This document shows positions 9,135 through 19,360 of a stretch of DNA of 53,457 nt, piece by piece (positions within the stretch are counted from its first letter, which is position 1; each line of letters opens with the position of its first letter). Made by a program: the position numbers and the translations under genes. Origin of the DNA: a virus (Duplodnaviria > Caudoviricetes); IMG/VR virus record IMGVR_UViG_3300040770_000286, positions 1 to 53,457 of that record. The stretch is one strand, 5' to 3'. The notes beneath the pieces are model-generated. The model searched no databases, was not told the origin of the DNA, and saw only the letters and a program-made list of their open reading frames with translations.

Positions 9135-9383
9135 ATGAGCTTAAACGGAAAAGTTTTTATAAGGAAAAGTTCTGGACCAAAAAAATATAAATGGTCACCA
9201 ACCGACAATGATAAAGTAGCTTTTGAAGAAAATGTAAAATCCACTAATCGAAGATTTTACTGTACGGCTATTATTGGAAGCCAAGGTATCGATTGGATTG
9301 GAACGTATTCGTATGAAGTGGTTGTTAACGAACAGAGTATAGTTGTAAGGACACCTTACGTTGCCTGTGATTATGTTGAATAA
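9135..9383 (+). CDS. Hypothetical protein
   Basis: 82-aa ORF between terminase and portal with an A-rich start. Confidence 0.6.
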   Translation: MSLNGKVFIRKSSGPKKYKWSPTDNDKVAFEENVKSTNRRFYCTAIIGSQGIDWIGTYSYEVVVNEQSIVVRTPYVACDYVE

Positions 9384-9428
9384 CTATTTATTTTTCAGAT
9401 AAAAGCATTAAGATTAAATAAAAAAATT

Positions 9429-11510
9429 ATGGCAAAAGATAATTCAACAATATTCCAAAGGTTAGGTAGAGTACTTGGACCAGATGGTGTTAAACAAAAA
9501 CAAAAGCAACCGCAAACAACTCAAAATTATAATATTGGTAAAGGTGAACTACTTAAAACTAATAGTAAAGCTGAGTTTGACCAAGCAAAATTACAAGCAC
9601 AACAAAATAAATATTTAGGTAGTGTTTGGAAAAAAGTTGAGAATGGTTTGTTCCAACAATCAATTAATTATGAAACAACTAGAATTGGTTCATACGCTGA
9701 TTTTGAAGCAATGGAATTCTATCCTACAATTGCAGCCGCTTTAGATGTTATGATGGAAGAATCAACTACGCTTAACGATAAGGGTAGAATGATGAACATT
9801 TATTCTGATAGCAAGCGTGTAAAAGGAATATTAGAAGATTTGTTTTTCAATAGGTTAGACTTACACACATCATTACCTATGTACACTAGAAATACGTGTA
9901 AGTATGGTGATAATTTTGTATACTTAAATATTAGCGATAAACATGGAGTGACAGGCGCAAAACAAATGCCAAATTATGAAATGGAACGTAGAGAGAATGG
10001 TCTATTCGATATGATTTCTGGCCAACAAGGTTTAAACGATGAAGATACAGATGTTTCAGATAAAGTTAAATTCTTTTGGAGAGGTAGAGACGTTGAATTT
10101 AATTCATGGCAGATAGCTCATTTTAGGTTATTGGGTGATGATAGACGTTTACCATATGGTACGAGTGTATTAGAGAAGTCTAGAAGGGTTTGGAAACAGT
10201 TATTATTATCTGAGGATTCTATGCTTGTTTATCGTGTAACTAGAGCACCAGAAAGACGTGTGTATAAAGTATACGTTGGTAATATTGATGATGCTGATGT
10301 TGAATCTTATATTAACACAATTGCTGATAGATTTAAAAGAATGCCAATTGTTGACCCACAAACAGGTCAGATGGATTTAAGATACAATCAATTATCAAAT
10401 GACCAAGATTATTTTATCCCAGTTAGAAGTGAAAACGCACCAAACCCAATTGATACATTGCCTGGTGCTTCTAATCTAGACCAAATTGCCGATATTGAAT
10501 ATCTACAAAGAAATTTATTTACGGCACTTAGAGTACCAAAACCATTTTTAAATTTTGATGAAGCTGGTGGTGGTGGTGATGGTAAGAATCTTGCGTTACA
10601 AGATATTCGTTTTTCAAGAACTGTTAATAGAATACAACAATCTATGATACAGGAGCTTAATAAAATAGCTATTATTCATTTATACCTTCTTGGTTTTGAA
10701 GAGGATTTAGATAATTTTACACTTACATTAAATAACCCATCAACTCAATCGGAAATGCTTAAGATTGAGCATACCCAACAAAAAATTACCTTATTTAAAG
10801 ATGCAACATCTGATTTAGGTAATGGTTTTGCTGCAATGTCAATGACTAGAGCTCATAGAGAAATTATGGGTTGGTCAGACGATGATATCAAAGAGGATTT
10901 ATTACAACAACGTATGGAGAAAGCTGCCTCTGCTGAATTAGCTAACACAGCTAATGTAATTAAACACACTGGGACTTTCGATACAGTTGATAAGATTTAT
11001 GGTGATTACAAAGCCGCACTTGAAGGTGGCGTTGGTGCTGGCGGTGAAGAAGGTGGTGAAGGTGATGCTGGCGGTGGCAGTGGCGGTGGTCTAGGCGGTT
11101 CATTCGGTGGCGGTGGTGTCGGTGGAGAAGATTTAGATTTTGGCGATGAAGAAGAAGGTAATGACGATACTAGTGGTGGAGATGCTGGTGGTGATACAGA
11201 TTTTGGTGATGAACCAGCTGCGAGTGAAGAGTCTGTTGATGAACCAGCTGCTGTTGAGCCAGAGACTGTTGCTGAAATAATTAAAAGAAAAGAAAAATTA
11301 TTGATTGAAAATAAAGCGTATTTACATGAGAAGTTATCTAAACGTAAAATAAAATATCAAGATATATATATTAATAGATTAGTTGAATCTATTGGTGTTA
11401 ACACTAATAAAAATGCTGATACTAGAATACCGATTTACGATAAAAATGTTAGTGTAAATAGAGATATTGATGACATGATTAACAATATCGATAAAATGTT
11501 AGACGAATAA
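9429..11510 (+). CDS. Portal protein (T4 gp20-like)
   Basis: YGTSVLE, EDSMLVYRVTRAPERRVYKVYVGN, DYFIPVR, IDTLPG, ALRVPK and DIRFSR motifs, with a Gly/acidic C-terminal tail. Confidence 0.95.
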   Translation: MAKDNSTIFQRLGRVLGPDGVKQKQKQPQTTQNYNIGKGELLKTNSKAEFDQAKLQAQQNKYLGSVWKKVENGLFQQSINYETTRIGSYADFEAMEFYPTIAAALDVMMEESTTLNDKGRMMNIYSDSKRVKGILEDLFFNRLDLHTSLPMYTRNTCKYGDNFVYLNISDKHGVTGAKQMPNYEMERRENGLFDMISGQQGLNDEDTDVSDKVKFFWRGRDVEFNSWQIAHFRLLGDDRRLPYGTSVLEKSRRVWKQLLLSEDSMLVYRVTRAPERRVYKVYVGNIDDADVESYINTIADRFKRMPIVDPQTGQMDLRYNQLSNDQDYFIPVRSENAPNPIDTLPGASNLDQIADIEYLQRNLFTALRVPKPFLNFDEAGGGGDGKNLALQDIRFSRTVNRIQQSMIQELNKIAIIHLYLLGFEEDLDNFTLTLNNPSTQSEMLKIEHTQQKITLFKDATSDLGNGFAAMSMTRAHREIMGWSDDDIKEDLLQQRMEKAASAELANTANVIKHTGTFDTVDKIYGDYKAALEGGVGAGGEEGGEGDAGGGSGGGLGGSFGGGGVGGEDLDFGDEEEGNDDTSGGDAGGDTDFGDEPAASEESVDEPAAVEPETVAEIIKRKEKLLIENKAYLHEKLSKRKIKYQDIYINRLVESIGVNTNKNADTRIPIYDKNVSVNRDIDDMINNIDKMLDE

Positions 11511-11546
11511 TTAATTTTTACGGAATTTAACAATATTTATAGTAAA

Positions 11547-12341
11547 ATGATAAACATGCAGAATTTTGGTAAAATAAAAAACGCATTTAATGGTATCCTT
11601 GCTGATGGGATAGTTTCTAAAGATAAATCCAATAATGGGTTATTTAAAAACTACATTAAAATGATAAAAGAAAGCGAAATACTATCGACTCAGTTTGTAG
11701 TGTATTTAAATCTTGAAAAAAAGTTGGGTACTGACTATAATACAACAAATCTTTATGTTAGTGAGAACCTTAGACTATTAGAAAAGTATAAGGTTAGCGA
11801 CATAATAAAGGAAAATAATAAATTAATGACTATATCAAAGCTCATCAGTGAAAAAATCGATGAGCCTTATGATGAAAAGTTAACCTCATTACATGAGGGA
11901 ATCACTAGTCTTATCTTCACTAAAAGAGGTCCAAAAACAATTGATGTCGTTGTTGAAAGTATGTCAAAAGTTATTAAGTTGATTAATGAGAATAAAGCTA
12001 AGGAAGTTATTGAAGTCATTGATTTACCAAATAGTTTGTTGTCAAAGATTATGTTAGAAAAGTACAACGAAGAATATTCAGTACTTAATGAAACCGAAAG
12101 AGAAATTCTTAGGGTGTTAGTTGAATCAACTGACGATGATAAAAAGGTGGTTTACGATAAACTTATTCGAGAATGTATCGAGTGCGTTAATGAATCGCTT
12201 AAAGATAGTGATTTAGTTACTAAAGAAAAACTATTAAGTGTTAAAGATAAATTATTGAATGATAAAAAGGAAATCGATGAGGATTTTATAAATAAATTAT
12301 CTAAATTGATTGAACTTAAATCTAGTTTAAATAATAATTAA
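11547..12341 (+). CDS. Helical hypothetical protein of the head module
   Basis: 264-aa ORF after the portal, preceded by ATATTTATA at 11533-11541. Confidence 0.7.
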   Translation: MINMQNFGKIKNAFNGILADGIVSKDKSNNGLFKNYIKMIKESEILSTQFVVYLNLEKKLGTDYNTTNLYVSENLRLLEKYKVSDIIKENNKLMTISKLISEKIDEPYDEKLTSLHEGITSLIFTKRGPKTIDVVVESMSKVIKLINENKAKEVIEVIDLPNSLLSKIMLEKYNEEYSVLNETEREILRVLVESTDDDKKVVYDKLIRECIECVNESLKDSDLVTKEKLLSVKDKLLNDKKEIDEDFINKLSKLIELKSSLNNN

Positions 12342-12356
12342 TTAATATCGTTTTAA

Positions 12357-12635
12357 ATGAAAAGTGTTCCAAGTGAAAATATGTTAGCTTTAAAGATAAT
12401 GACTGAAAAAATAACAAGAACTCCAAGTGAGAACATGTTAGCATTAAAATTATTGACTGAAAAACTAACAAGAGACGAGTTTGAAGATTATAAAAACATT
12501 ATAAAGGAATTAGTAATGATTCTTGATGAGGTTAAATTAGTTCAGAACGAAAAAACAAATAAAGATAAATTGAAGTGTTACGAAGGTATGTACACTACGA
12601 TAACTGACCTGTTGAAGGATATAATACTATACTAA
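12357..12635 (+). CDS. Hypothetical protein with a tandem 18-aa repeat
   Basis: PSENMLALKIMTEKITR / PSENMLALKLLTEKLTR. Confidence 0.6.
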   Translation: MKSVPSENMLALKIMTEKITRTPSENMLALKLLTEKLTRDEFEDYKNIIKELVMILDEVKLVQNEKTNKDKLKCYEGMYTTITDLLKDIILY

Positions 12636-12637
12636 TT

Positions 12638-12979
12638 ATGAGTGAAGAAATAAAAGATACATGGGGTGGATACAGTAAGTTGGTTTTAAAGGAATTAGAA
12701 CGACTTAATGATAACTATGATAAAATGAGAGATGATATTGACCAGAAATTTGCGGATTTAAACCAAAAACTAACTGAAGTTAAGAATGTTGAAAAATCGG
12801 TTATTGTACAGAACGCTTGGATTGAAAAAGTAAGTGATGTTTGGTCACCTTCTCAAATGAAGGAAGCTAAGGATGAAATTTATAAACAAAAATCCCGTTG
12901 GGTTGCTGCAATAGCTATAATAACTTTTGTTCAAATAATCGTTGGGTTGATTATAACTATATGGGGTAAATTAAATTAA
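12638..12979 (+). CDS. Coiled-coil protein with a C-terminal transmembrane helix (holin-like/XhlA-like)
   Basis: Heptad-rich N-terminus followed by WVAAIAIITFVQIIVGLIITIWG. Confidence 0.55.
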   Translation: MSEEIKDTWGGYSKLVLKELERLNDNYDKMRDDIDQKFADLNQKLTEVKNVEKSVIVQNAWIEKVSDVWSPSQMKEAKDEIYKQKSRWVAAIAIITFVQIIVGLIITIWGKLN

Positions 12980-12984
12980 ATTGC

Positions 12985-13013
12985 TTGACTATCCTGGTTA
13001 AAATTACTATATT
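12985..13013 (+). promoter_or_regulatory. Early/middle-type promoter TTGACT-N17-TATATT
   Basis: The same pattern occurs on the minus strand at 20620-20647, 39754-39782 and 44245-44272, and a variant at 6337-6364 (+). Confidence 0.55.
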
Positions 13014-13030
13014 TAAATAAAATAATAGAT

Positions 13031-13471
13031 ATGAAAACAGGTAAGGAAATAAAACTAAATAATTTTAAAAACTATAATACGGTATTTGGTAGCGTAAACA
13101 GTAAATCACCAAAAGCAATTTATATTAACATCTCATCATGGGCCGAACCAAAAAATGAACATGTTACGATATATACAAGAGTGATTAAAGATTTAAATAA
13201 AAAAATAAAACAAACATTATTTACTTTATTTGATACAGGCGAATACCCCGAATTTGACCTAGATAAAACAATAGTTGATTTAGATATAAGGGAATCTGGT
13301 ATTAGATTTGGAAAGCGAAGTTTCATTAATTGTGAAGTAACTCTATTTTTAGACACAAACATGAGTGTAACGTCAGATAAAATGAAAATGATGTTAGATG
13401 GGTTAACAAATGAGATAATTTTATCTAATTTTGAAACAAATAAAAATTTTAAATTCTTTAAAAAGAAATAA
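13031..13471 (+). CDS. Hypothetical phage protein
   Basis: 146-aa ORF with its own promoter and terminator. Confidence 0.7.
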   Translation: MKTGKEIKLNNFKNYNTVFGSVNSKSPKAIYINISSWAEPKNEHVTIYTRVIKDLNKKIKQTLFTLFDTGEYPEFDLDKTIVDLDIRESGIRFGKRSFINCEVTLFLDTNMSVTSDKMKMMLDGLTNEIILSNFETNKNFKFFKKK

Positions 13472-13488
13472 TATAATAAAAATATTTT

Positions 13489-13520
13489 AAAAGCTCTAGT
13501 CGTAAGATTAGAGCTTTTTT
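13489..13520 (+). terminator. Rho-independent terminator
   Basis: AAAAGCTCTAGTC-GTAA-GATTAGAGCTTTTTT. Confidence 0.85.
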
Positions 13521-13556
13521 GTTTCTATCACATATTTATATCTATAGAAACAAAAC

Positions 13557-14270
13557 ATGAGTACAAATTTAAAATTATTAAGACGAGGTGAAACAGGTAC
13601 TGGTATTTTAATCGAGCATGATGCTGGGTTTATTAGCCCAGACGAACCAAGAAACCAACCGTTTATCAATGAAATGAAAAAACTAGATACAGGTAGAATG
13701 TCTATAGTTGAACCATTAGTTGTTTACGTTGTGTTACAAAAATATGGTATACTTAACCGTAATGGTAGAATATACCCAGAATCAGTTCTTAAAAAGCAAG
13801 ACCAACTTTACCAACAGGCAATTAGAGAACGTAGAGCTGTAGGGGAACTAGACCATCCAGAGTCATCAGTTATCGCTGGTGATAGAATATCGCATAACAT
13901 TATTGAAACATGGTGGGAGAATCATACCTTGATGGGTAAGATGGAAATATTAATGACACCTGGATATATTAATTACGGAATTGTGTCAACTAAAGGTGAT
14001 GATGTAGCTAACTTACTAAGAAATAGAATTAAAATCGGTGTTTCGTCTAGAGGTGTTGGTTCACTTAAAGAAGGTAGAAACGGTGAGCAAATAGTTCAAG
14101 AAGATTTTGAGATAATTTGTTGGGATGTAGTAACTGCGCCATCAACACCAGATGCTTGGATATTTAAAAACCATGAAGATTCAAAACCTTATGTAGAGAA
14201 CGCTGAAATTAAAAAAACACCAATAACAGAAAATTTAAATAACAATTTAGATAAATTTCTATTAGATTAA
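13557..14270 (+). CDS. Prohead core protease (T4 gp21-like)
   Basis: NRNGRIYP, GELDHP, SH, IGVSSRGVGS and WDVVTAPSTPDA motifs. Confidence 0.95.
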   Translation: MSTNLKLLRRGETGTGILIEHDAGFISPDEPRNQPFINEMKKLDTGRMSIVEPLVVYVVLQKYGILNRNGRIYPESVLKKQDQLYQQAIRERRAVGELDHPESSVIAGDRISHNIIETWWENHTLMGKMEILMTPGYINYGIVSTKGDDVANLLRNRIKIGVSSRGVGSLKEGRNGEQIVQEDFEIICWDVVTAPSTPDAWIFKNHEDSKPYVENAEIKKTPITENLNNNLDKFLLD

Positions 14271-14367
14271 AGAATTTTTGACTTTTTTTTAGTCTGAAAA
14301 TGTTTTTTCACTAAATAGGATATATTTATTATCAAATGGGGCAACTCAAACAAACAACAAATTAAAA

Positions 14368-15630
14368 ATGGCTGAAAAGAAATCAATACTTGAAAATGCA
14401 TTATTAGATATTAAAAATATCCAAAATGCACTTAACGCAAACACAAAAGAAATACTTCGTAGCGTAGCTAGAGAAGAAATTGATGGTGTAGTAAATGAAT
14501 CAATCTTAAAAGAAGATGATTACGAAGAAGAAGATTTATCAACTGACGAACCAGAAATTGGCGCAGAACCAGAAATGGGTGCTGAACCAGAAATGGAACC
14601 AGAAATGGGATTAGGTGATGAAGCTGGAGAAGATGGATTAAGTGGACTAGAAGACTCTCAAGAAGTAGCACCAGAAATGGGACTAGAAACAGGAATGGAC
14701 TCTATGGAGTTAGGTGGAGACGATATGGACATGACAGCAGCATCTGATGATGACGTTATCGCAATTTATAAAAAATTAAGCGGTGAAGACGAAATCGAAA
14801 TTGTAGGTGATGATATTCATTTAAACATTAACGAGCCTGGGGAGTACGTTGTAAAAGGTGCAGCCGTGGGTGGTGAAGGTGAAGAGGATTACGCAGCTGA
14901 AGAATTACCAATGGGTGATGATGAAATGGGTGATGAATCTGGAATGGATTATGAAATCGAAATGGGTGATGATGAAGAACTAGGTTCTGATGATTCAGAC
15001 ATGGTAGGTGATGAAGCACCAGTTGATGGTGGAGAAGAAGAAGTTTCTGACGTAGAAGCAACTGATGAACCAGCTGAAGACGAAGAAGAAGAAGAAGAAA
15101 TAGACGAAGCTATTAGAACAACGCAAGCACAAGCTAAAAAAGCTGGTAGTGAATATCAACCAAACGTATTGGGTGCTAAACAACTTGCTGAATCTAGAGT
15201 TTTAGTTTCTGAAACAACAAAAAAATATAATTCTTTATTAACTGAGGCTACAAAATTAAAAGCTGAAAATGAAGAGTTTAGAAAAGCACTTAAAGTTTTT
15301 AGAGGTCAATTAGTTGAAACTGTAGTTTTCAATAGCAATTTAACGTATACAACAAGATTGTTTATGGAGCACGCAACAACTAAATCTGAGAAACAAGATA
15401 TTATCAAACGTTTTGATAACGAAGTTTCAAACCTTATTGAATCAAAAAAATTATACAAAACTATCTCAAACCAATTGGATTCAAGAAAACCAATTAGTGA
15501 GTCAGTAGAGAACAAATTTACAAAAGGTGTTACTAGTAGTACGTCAAAACAATTAAACGAAAATACTGCATATGTAGACCCTTCAACAAAAAGAATCATG
15601 GATTTGATTAACAGAGTTGAAAAAAGATAA
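14368..15630 (+). CDS. Prohead scaffold/core protein (gp22-like position)
   Basis: Very acidic middle and coiled-coil C-terminus, located between protease and capsid. Confidence 0.8.
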   Translation: MAEKKSILENALLDIKNIQNALNANTKEILRSVAREEIDGVVNESILKEDDYEEEDLSTDEPEIGAEPEMGAEPEMEPEMGLGDEAGEDGLSGLEDSQEVAPEMGLETGMDSMELGGDDMDMTAASDDDVIAIYKKLSGEDEIEIVGDDIHLNINEPGEYVVKGAAVGGEGEEDYAAEELPMGDDEMGDESGMDYEIEMGDDEELGSDDSDMVGDEAPVDGGEEEVSDVEATDEPAEDEEEEEEIDEAIRTTQAQAKKAGSEYQPNVLGAKQLAESRVLVSETTKKYNSLLTEATKLKAENEEFRKALKVFRGQLVETVVFNSNLTYTTRLFMEHATTKSEKQDIIKRFDNEVSNLIESKKLYKTISNQLDSRKPISESVENKFTKGVTSSTSKQLNENTAYVDPSTKRIMDLINRVEKR

Positions 15631-15667
15631 TTAAAATAATAATAAAACAAAAACAAAAACACAAATT

Positions 15668-17506
15668 ATGTCACATTTATTAACGTCTGGACAAGTTGGA
15701 AATATTGGAATGAACCATATGAAAGCTATTCGTCTAGAAACTCAATCAAAATGGGATTCATTAGGATTCTTAGAAGGTCTTAAAGGTCACGTTAAAGAAA
15801 ACATCGCTCAGTTGTATGAAAACCAAGCGAGTACTTTGTTAAGCGAAGCTACAACTGCAACTAACTCTGGTTCATTCGAAACTGTAGTTTTCCCTATTGT
15901 ACGTAGAGTTTTCTCTAAATTATTAGCTAATGATATCGTATCTGTACAAGCTATGAACATGCCAATTGGTAAATTGTTCTACTTCGTACCACAAACATCT
16001 AGTCGTAATGACGGTCAAGGTGGATATGGTGACAACTATAACACTGATGGTGGTGCTTACGGTACAACTTTCTCTGCACATACTTCAATGGGTGCTGATG
16101 GATTACCAACTTGTGTACAACCAGCTGATGGATGTCCAATAACTACAATGCAAGCAAAAAACTTGTACGATGCATTTTACAATGATGGATTGTTTGACAA
16201 CTCTAAAGGTACTTTAACTATCCGTACAGGTGCTTACGCTGCTTGGACTTTAGGAAAAGATGGTGAATACGCAGCAGTTACAAGTGGAGCAACTTTTGCT
16301 ACTGCTAATGATGGTTCTGTAAGAAGCGTTGTTCTTGGAGTAACTGGTTTCTCTCCAATGCAAACGAATAAAGCTGTAATGACTGGAGCTGATGGTAACC
16401 AAATGGATACTGAATCATTCTTAGCTTCATTACACGTTATTGCAACAGCTGCAATTAAAGATGTTGATGGAAACACAATCATCGCTGCTGGTAAAGAAGT
16501 TCCATTCCGTTTAGTTACACAACAATACGGTAAAGGTATCGTTACTTATTCAAACTTAACTGATGCAACTGGTACATTGTACATTGCTTTAGATTTATCT
16601 CACCCAGTTGGTGTGTCTGTTGGAGCAGCTGTTGCTGGAACTTCAACTTATGATGGTTATGTTGGTGCAATGTCATCATTCACAATCAATAACTCTGCTA
16701 CATCAGCAGCTACATTCTCAATTGCTTGGGCAGAATATGCTTCATTAGAGATGGAAACTGAAATGGGAGAAGTATCTTTCAAATTAGATGAGGTTGTTGT
16801 TTCTGTTGAAGAAAGAAAATTACGTGCTACTTGGTCTCCAGAGCTTGCTCAAGACGTTAGTGCATTCCATAACATTGATGCTGAAGCTGAATTAACAGCT
16901 ATGTTGTCTGAACAAGTTGCTGCTGAAATCGATAGAGAAATCTTGAGAGATATCCGTAAAGCTGCTGCATGGCAACTAAGATGGGATTATAACGGTTGGA
17001 GAAAAGCTTCTTCTGCTGCAAGCCCATACACGCAAAAAGACTGGAACCAAACGTTAATCACAAGAATTAACCAAACTTCTGCTCAAATTCATAAATCTAC
17101 CTTGAGAGGTGGTGCTAACTTTATCGTTGTTTCTTCTGAATTATCAGCTATTTTTGATGACTTAGAGTACTTCCACGTAAGTGATGCTAACCCAGACCAA
17201 GACCAATACAACATGGGTATCGAAAGAATCGGTACATTAAGTGGACGTTACCAAGTGTACCGTGACCCTTATGCACCAGCTCATTCTTGTATCATTGGAC
17301 ACAAAGGAAAATCATTATTAGACACTGGTTACATCTACGCACCATACGTGCCGTTGCAACTTACTCCAACAATGTACAACCCTTTCAACTTTGCGCCAGT
17401 TAAAGGTATTATGACACGTTACGCTAAAAAAGTGGTAAACAACAGATTCTACGGTCACGTAAGAGTTGATGGTGTTCCAACATTTAATATTAACGAATTA
17501 AGATAA
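15668..17506 (+). CDS. Major capsid protein (T4 gp23-like)
   Basis: KWDSLGFL, FPIVRRVF, VSVQAMNMPIG, RKLRATWSPELAQD, IDAEAEL, EIDREI, YAPYVPL and GIMTRYA motifs. Confidence 0.97.
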   Translation: MSHLLTSGQVGNIGMNHMKAIRLETQSKWDSLGFLEGLKGHVKENIAQLYENQASTLLSEATTATNSGSFETVVFPIVRRVFSKLLANDIVSVQAMNMPIGKLFYFVPQTSSRNDGQGGYGDNYNTDGGAYGTTFSAHTSMGADGLPTCVQPADGCPITTMQAKNLYDAFYNDGLFDNSKGTLTIRTGAYAAWTLGKDGEYAAVTSGATFATANDGSVRSVVLGVTGFSPMQTNKAVMTGADGNQMDTESFLASLHVIATAAIKDVDGNTIIAAGKEVPFRLVTQQYGKGIVTYSNLTDATGTLYIALDLSHPVGVSVGAAVAGTSTYDGYVGAMSSFTINNSATSAATFSIAWAEYASLEMETEMGEVSFKLDEVVVSVEERKLRATWSPELAQDVSAFHNIDAEAELTAMLSEQVAAEIDREILRDIRKAAAWQLRWDYNGWRKASSAASPYTQKDWNQTLITRINQTSAQIHKSTLRGGANFIVVSSELSAIFDDLEYFHVSDANPDQDQYNMGIERIGTLSGRYQVYRDPYAPAHSCIIGHKGKSLLDTGYIYAPYVPLQLTPTMYNPFNFAPVKGIMTRYAKKVVNNRFYGHVRVDGVPTFNINELR

Positions 17507-17527
17507 TTAAAACTCTTAAATAAACTT

Positions 17528-17557
17528 AAAAGGATAATCGAAAGATTATCCTTTTTT
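17528..17557 (+). terminator. Rho-independent terminator after the capsid gene
   Basis: AAAAGGATAATC-GAAA-GATTATCCTTTTTT. Confidence 0.9.
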
Positions 17558-18437
17558 GCGTTATATAGATACTTATAGTTATGAAAGAAGTTATAAAAAA
17601 ATTACTTAGAGAAAGTTTATTATTTGAAAAATTATATCATGGGACTAATCGAAAAGAATTAAATTGGGAAGATAGGAACGAAAGTTCTGATTTTAATATG
17701 TTAGGTTATGGCATCTATTTAACCGATATCAAAGATGAAGCTAAATATTATGCTAAAAATAAAGCAAAAGGTATAAAATATGTCCATAGTTTCAAACCAA
17801 TTAACGCTAACATCGTTAATTGGGATGGGCCTCTACCAAAAACTATTTTAGATTACATAAATAACAATAATGGTTTTTTTACTGAGAAAATCACTGTTGA
17901 TTTTGATGCTTATAGTGTGGGAACAAATAATGGTACATTAGAGTGGGATTTTCTAGATGAAGATTTACCTCAGTGGGCCATAGATGATAATTTAAAACCA
18001 GGTTATTTTATTATGCAATATGATAAAAATTATAAACAAGTTGGGGAGACATTTTATGGTTTAACAAAAGAAGAAGTTTTAAAAATCGCAAATAAATTTA
18101 ATAATGGTCAAGGGATAGTTTTTGATATTGACCCTAACGTTTTCTATGGTATAACTGGAATTGAAGACAATAAATTAAACACAAAAAATATGTTATTATC
18201 AGTCGCTAATTTTTATACGTTTATATATTATAAATTAGGTTCAACTAAAAAAGCTTCTAATTTTTTAGTTGGTTTAAATATTGATGGAGTTACTAAACAA
18301 CAAGACACTAGTGATTTTGGTTATAGTGACCAAAAACCTAATATTACTGTTATCTTTAACCCAAAAAATTTTAAATTAATTAAAACATCTGTTGTTAAAT
18401 AAAGATTATCCTTTTTTGCGTTATATAGATACTTATA
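17541..18437 (+). repeat. 37-bp exact direct repeat (17541-17577 and 18401-18437) flanking one gene
   Basis: AAAGATTATCCTTTTTTGCGTTATATAGATACTTATA occurs at both positions. Confidence 0.95.
17581..18402 (+). CDS. Putative ADP-ribosyltransferase-like protein with a KKLLRE leader
   Basis: LYHGT...LGYGIYLT...AKYYA pattern and a C-terminal GLNIDGV...VIFNP. Confidence 0.55.
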   Translation: MKEVIKKLLRESLLFEKLYHGTNRKELNWEDRNESSDFNMLGYGIYLTDIKDEAKYYAKNKAKGIKYVHSFKPINANIVNWDGPLPKTILDYINNNNGFFTEKITVDFDAYSVGTNNGTLEWDFLDEDLPQWAIDDNLKPGYFIMQYDKNYKQVGETFYGLTKEEVLKIANKFNNGQGIVFDIDPNVFYGITGIEDNKLNTKNMLLSVANFYTFIYYKLGSTKKASNFLVGLNIDGVTKQQDTSDFGYSDQKPNITVIFNPKNFKLIKTSVVK

Positions 18438-18450
18438 CTAAACAATATTC

Positions 18451-19098
18451 ATGAAATTTAAAATATTTATTCTAGCACTAACACTACTATCAGTAAACCT
18501 TTACTCACAACTTAAAATAAGCACTTATAACGAACTAAAAATTAATCATGGGGACATAACACTCTATTTAAGTAATGATACCTTATCGCTCGTCTCTAGG
18601 CACGACATAAGCTACATTAACTTTAATAAACTAACACACGAACGAGATAACCGTTGGTTTGACGATGGATATAATAAGTATGATAGAAAATACTATCGTT
18701 TTAGTGGTTATGATTTGGGCCACTTGACCCCATCAGATATAACATCATATAGTAAAGTAGTAAACCACAATTCGTTCAGTCTTTATAATCAAGCACCACA
18801 ATTAGCTGGTTTCAATAGAGGTAAGTGGTCTAGGTTAGAGAAAAGTGTATATGATTCAATAAATAAGTATAAATCAAACGCTATCATAATTACTGGTGTG
18901 ATATACGATAGTAAAAAAGACTGTTATTTACCTAAATCTAAGATTAGAATCCCATCGTCATATTATAAGATATTAAATATAAACAAAAAGGTTTACTGTT
19001 GGATAGGGTCAAACATAAATGGTGAGGTGATAACAACAGATTTACTAACATTAAATGGCCTATTTAAAATTAATAGACTTAACCTTATTATCGAATAA
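18451..19098 (+). CDS. Secreted DNA/RNA non-specific endonuclease (NucA/Serratia family)
   Basis: Signal peptide MKFKIFILALTLLSVNLYS, SGYDLGHL, NQAPQLAGFNRGKWSRLE, IITG and IPSSYYKI motifs. Confidence 0.88.
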   Translation: MKFKIFILALTLLSVNLYSQLKISTYNELKINHGDITLYLSNDTLSLVSRHDISYINFNKLTHERDNRWFDDGYNKYDRKYYRFSGYDLGHLTPSDITSYSKVVNHNSFSLYNQAPQLAGFNRGKWSRLEKSVYDSINKYKSNAIIITGVIYDSKKDCYLPKSKIRIPSSYYKILNINKKVYCWIGSNINGEVITTDLLTLNGLFKINRLNLIIE

Positions 19099-19360
19099 CG
19101 TTAGTGTAAGTTAGCTTCACAATCTTTTTGTTATTTGAAGCATCAATTTTACCAAGTTCCCCTATACAAAAATTGTATGCACTACTGTATATAGTCCAAG
19201 TTTGTATAGTGGAACTTCTAGCTGAAGGTAATTGGTCTTTTGTTACGTATTGCCAGAACCCAATACCAAAAAAAAGTATTGTTTTATACTGTACCCAAAA
19301 GACCTCACCACCATCGACTTGTGTTCCTACAACTATCCTATACAAGGTTTTTCCCAACAT
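19088..19360 (-). CDS. Hypothetical protein
   Basis: Probable start at MLGKTLY (19360), which reduces overlap with the upstream HTH gene. Confidence 0.5.
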   Translation of the reverse strand: MLGKTLYRIVVGTQVDGGEVFWVQYKTILFFGIGFWQYVTKDQLPSARSSTIQTWTIYSSAYNFCIGELGKIDASNNKKIVKLTYTNVIR

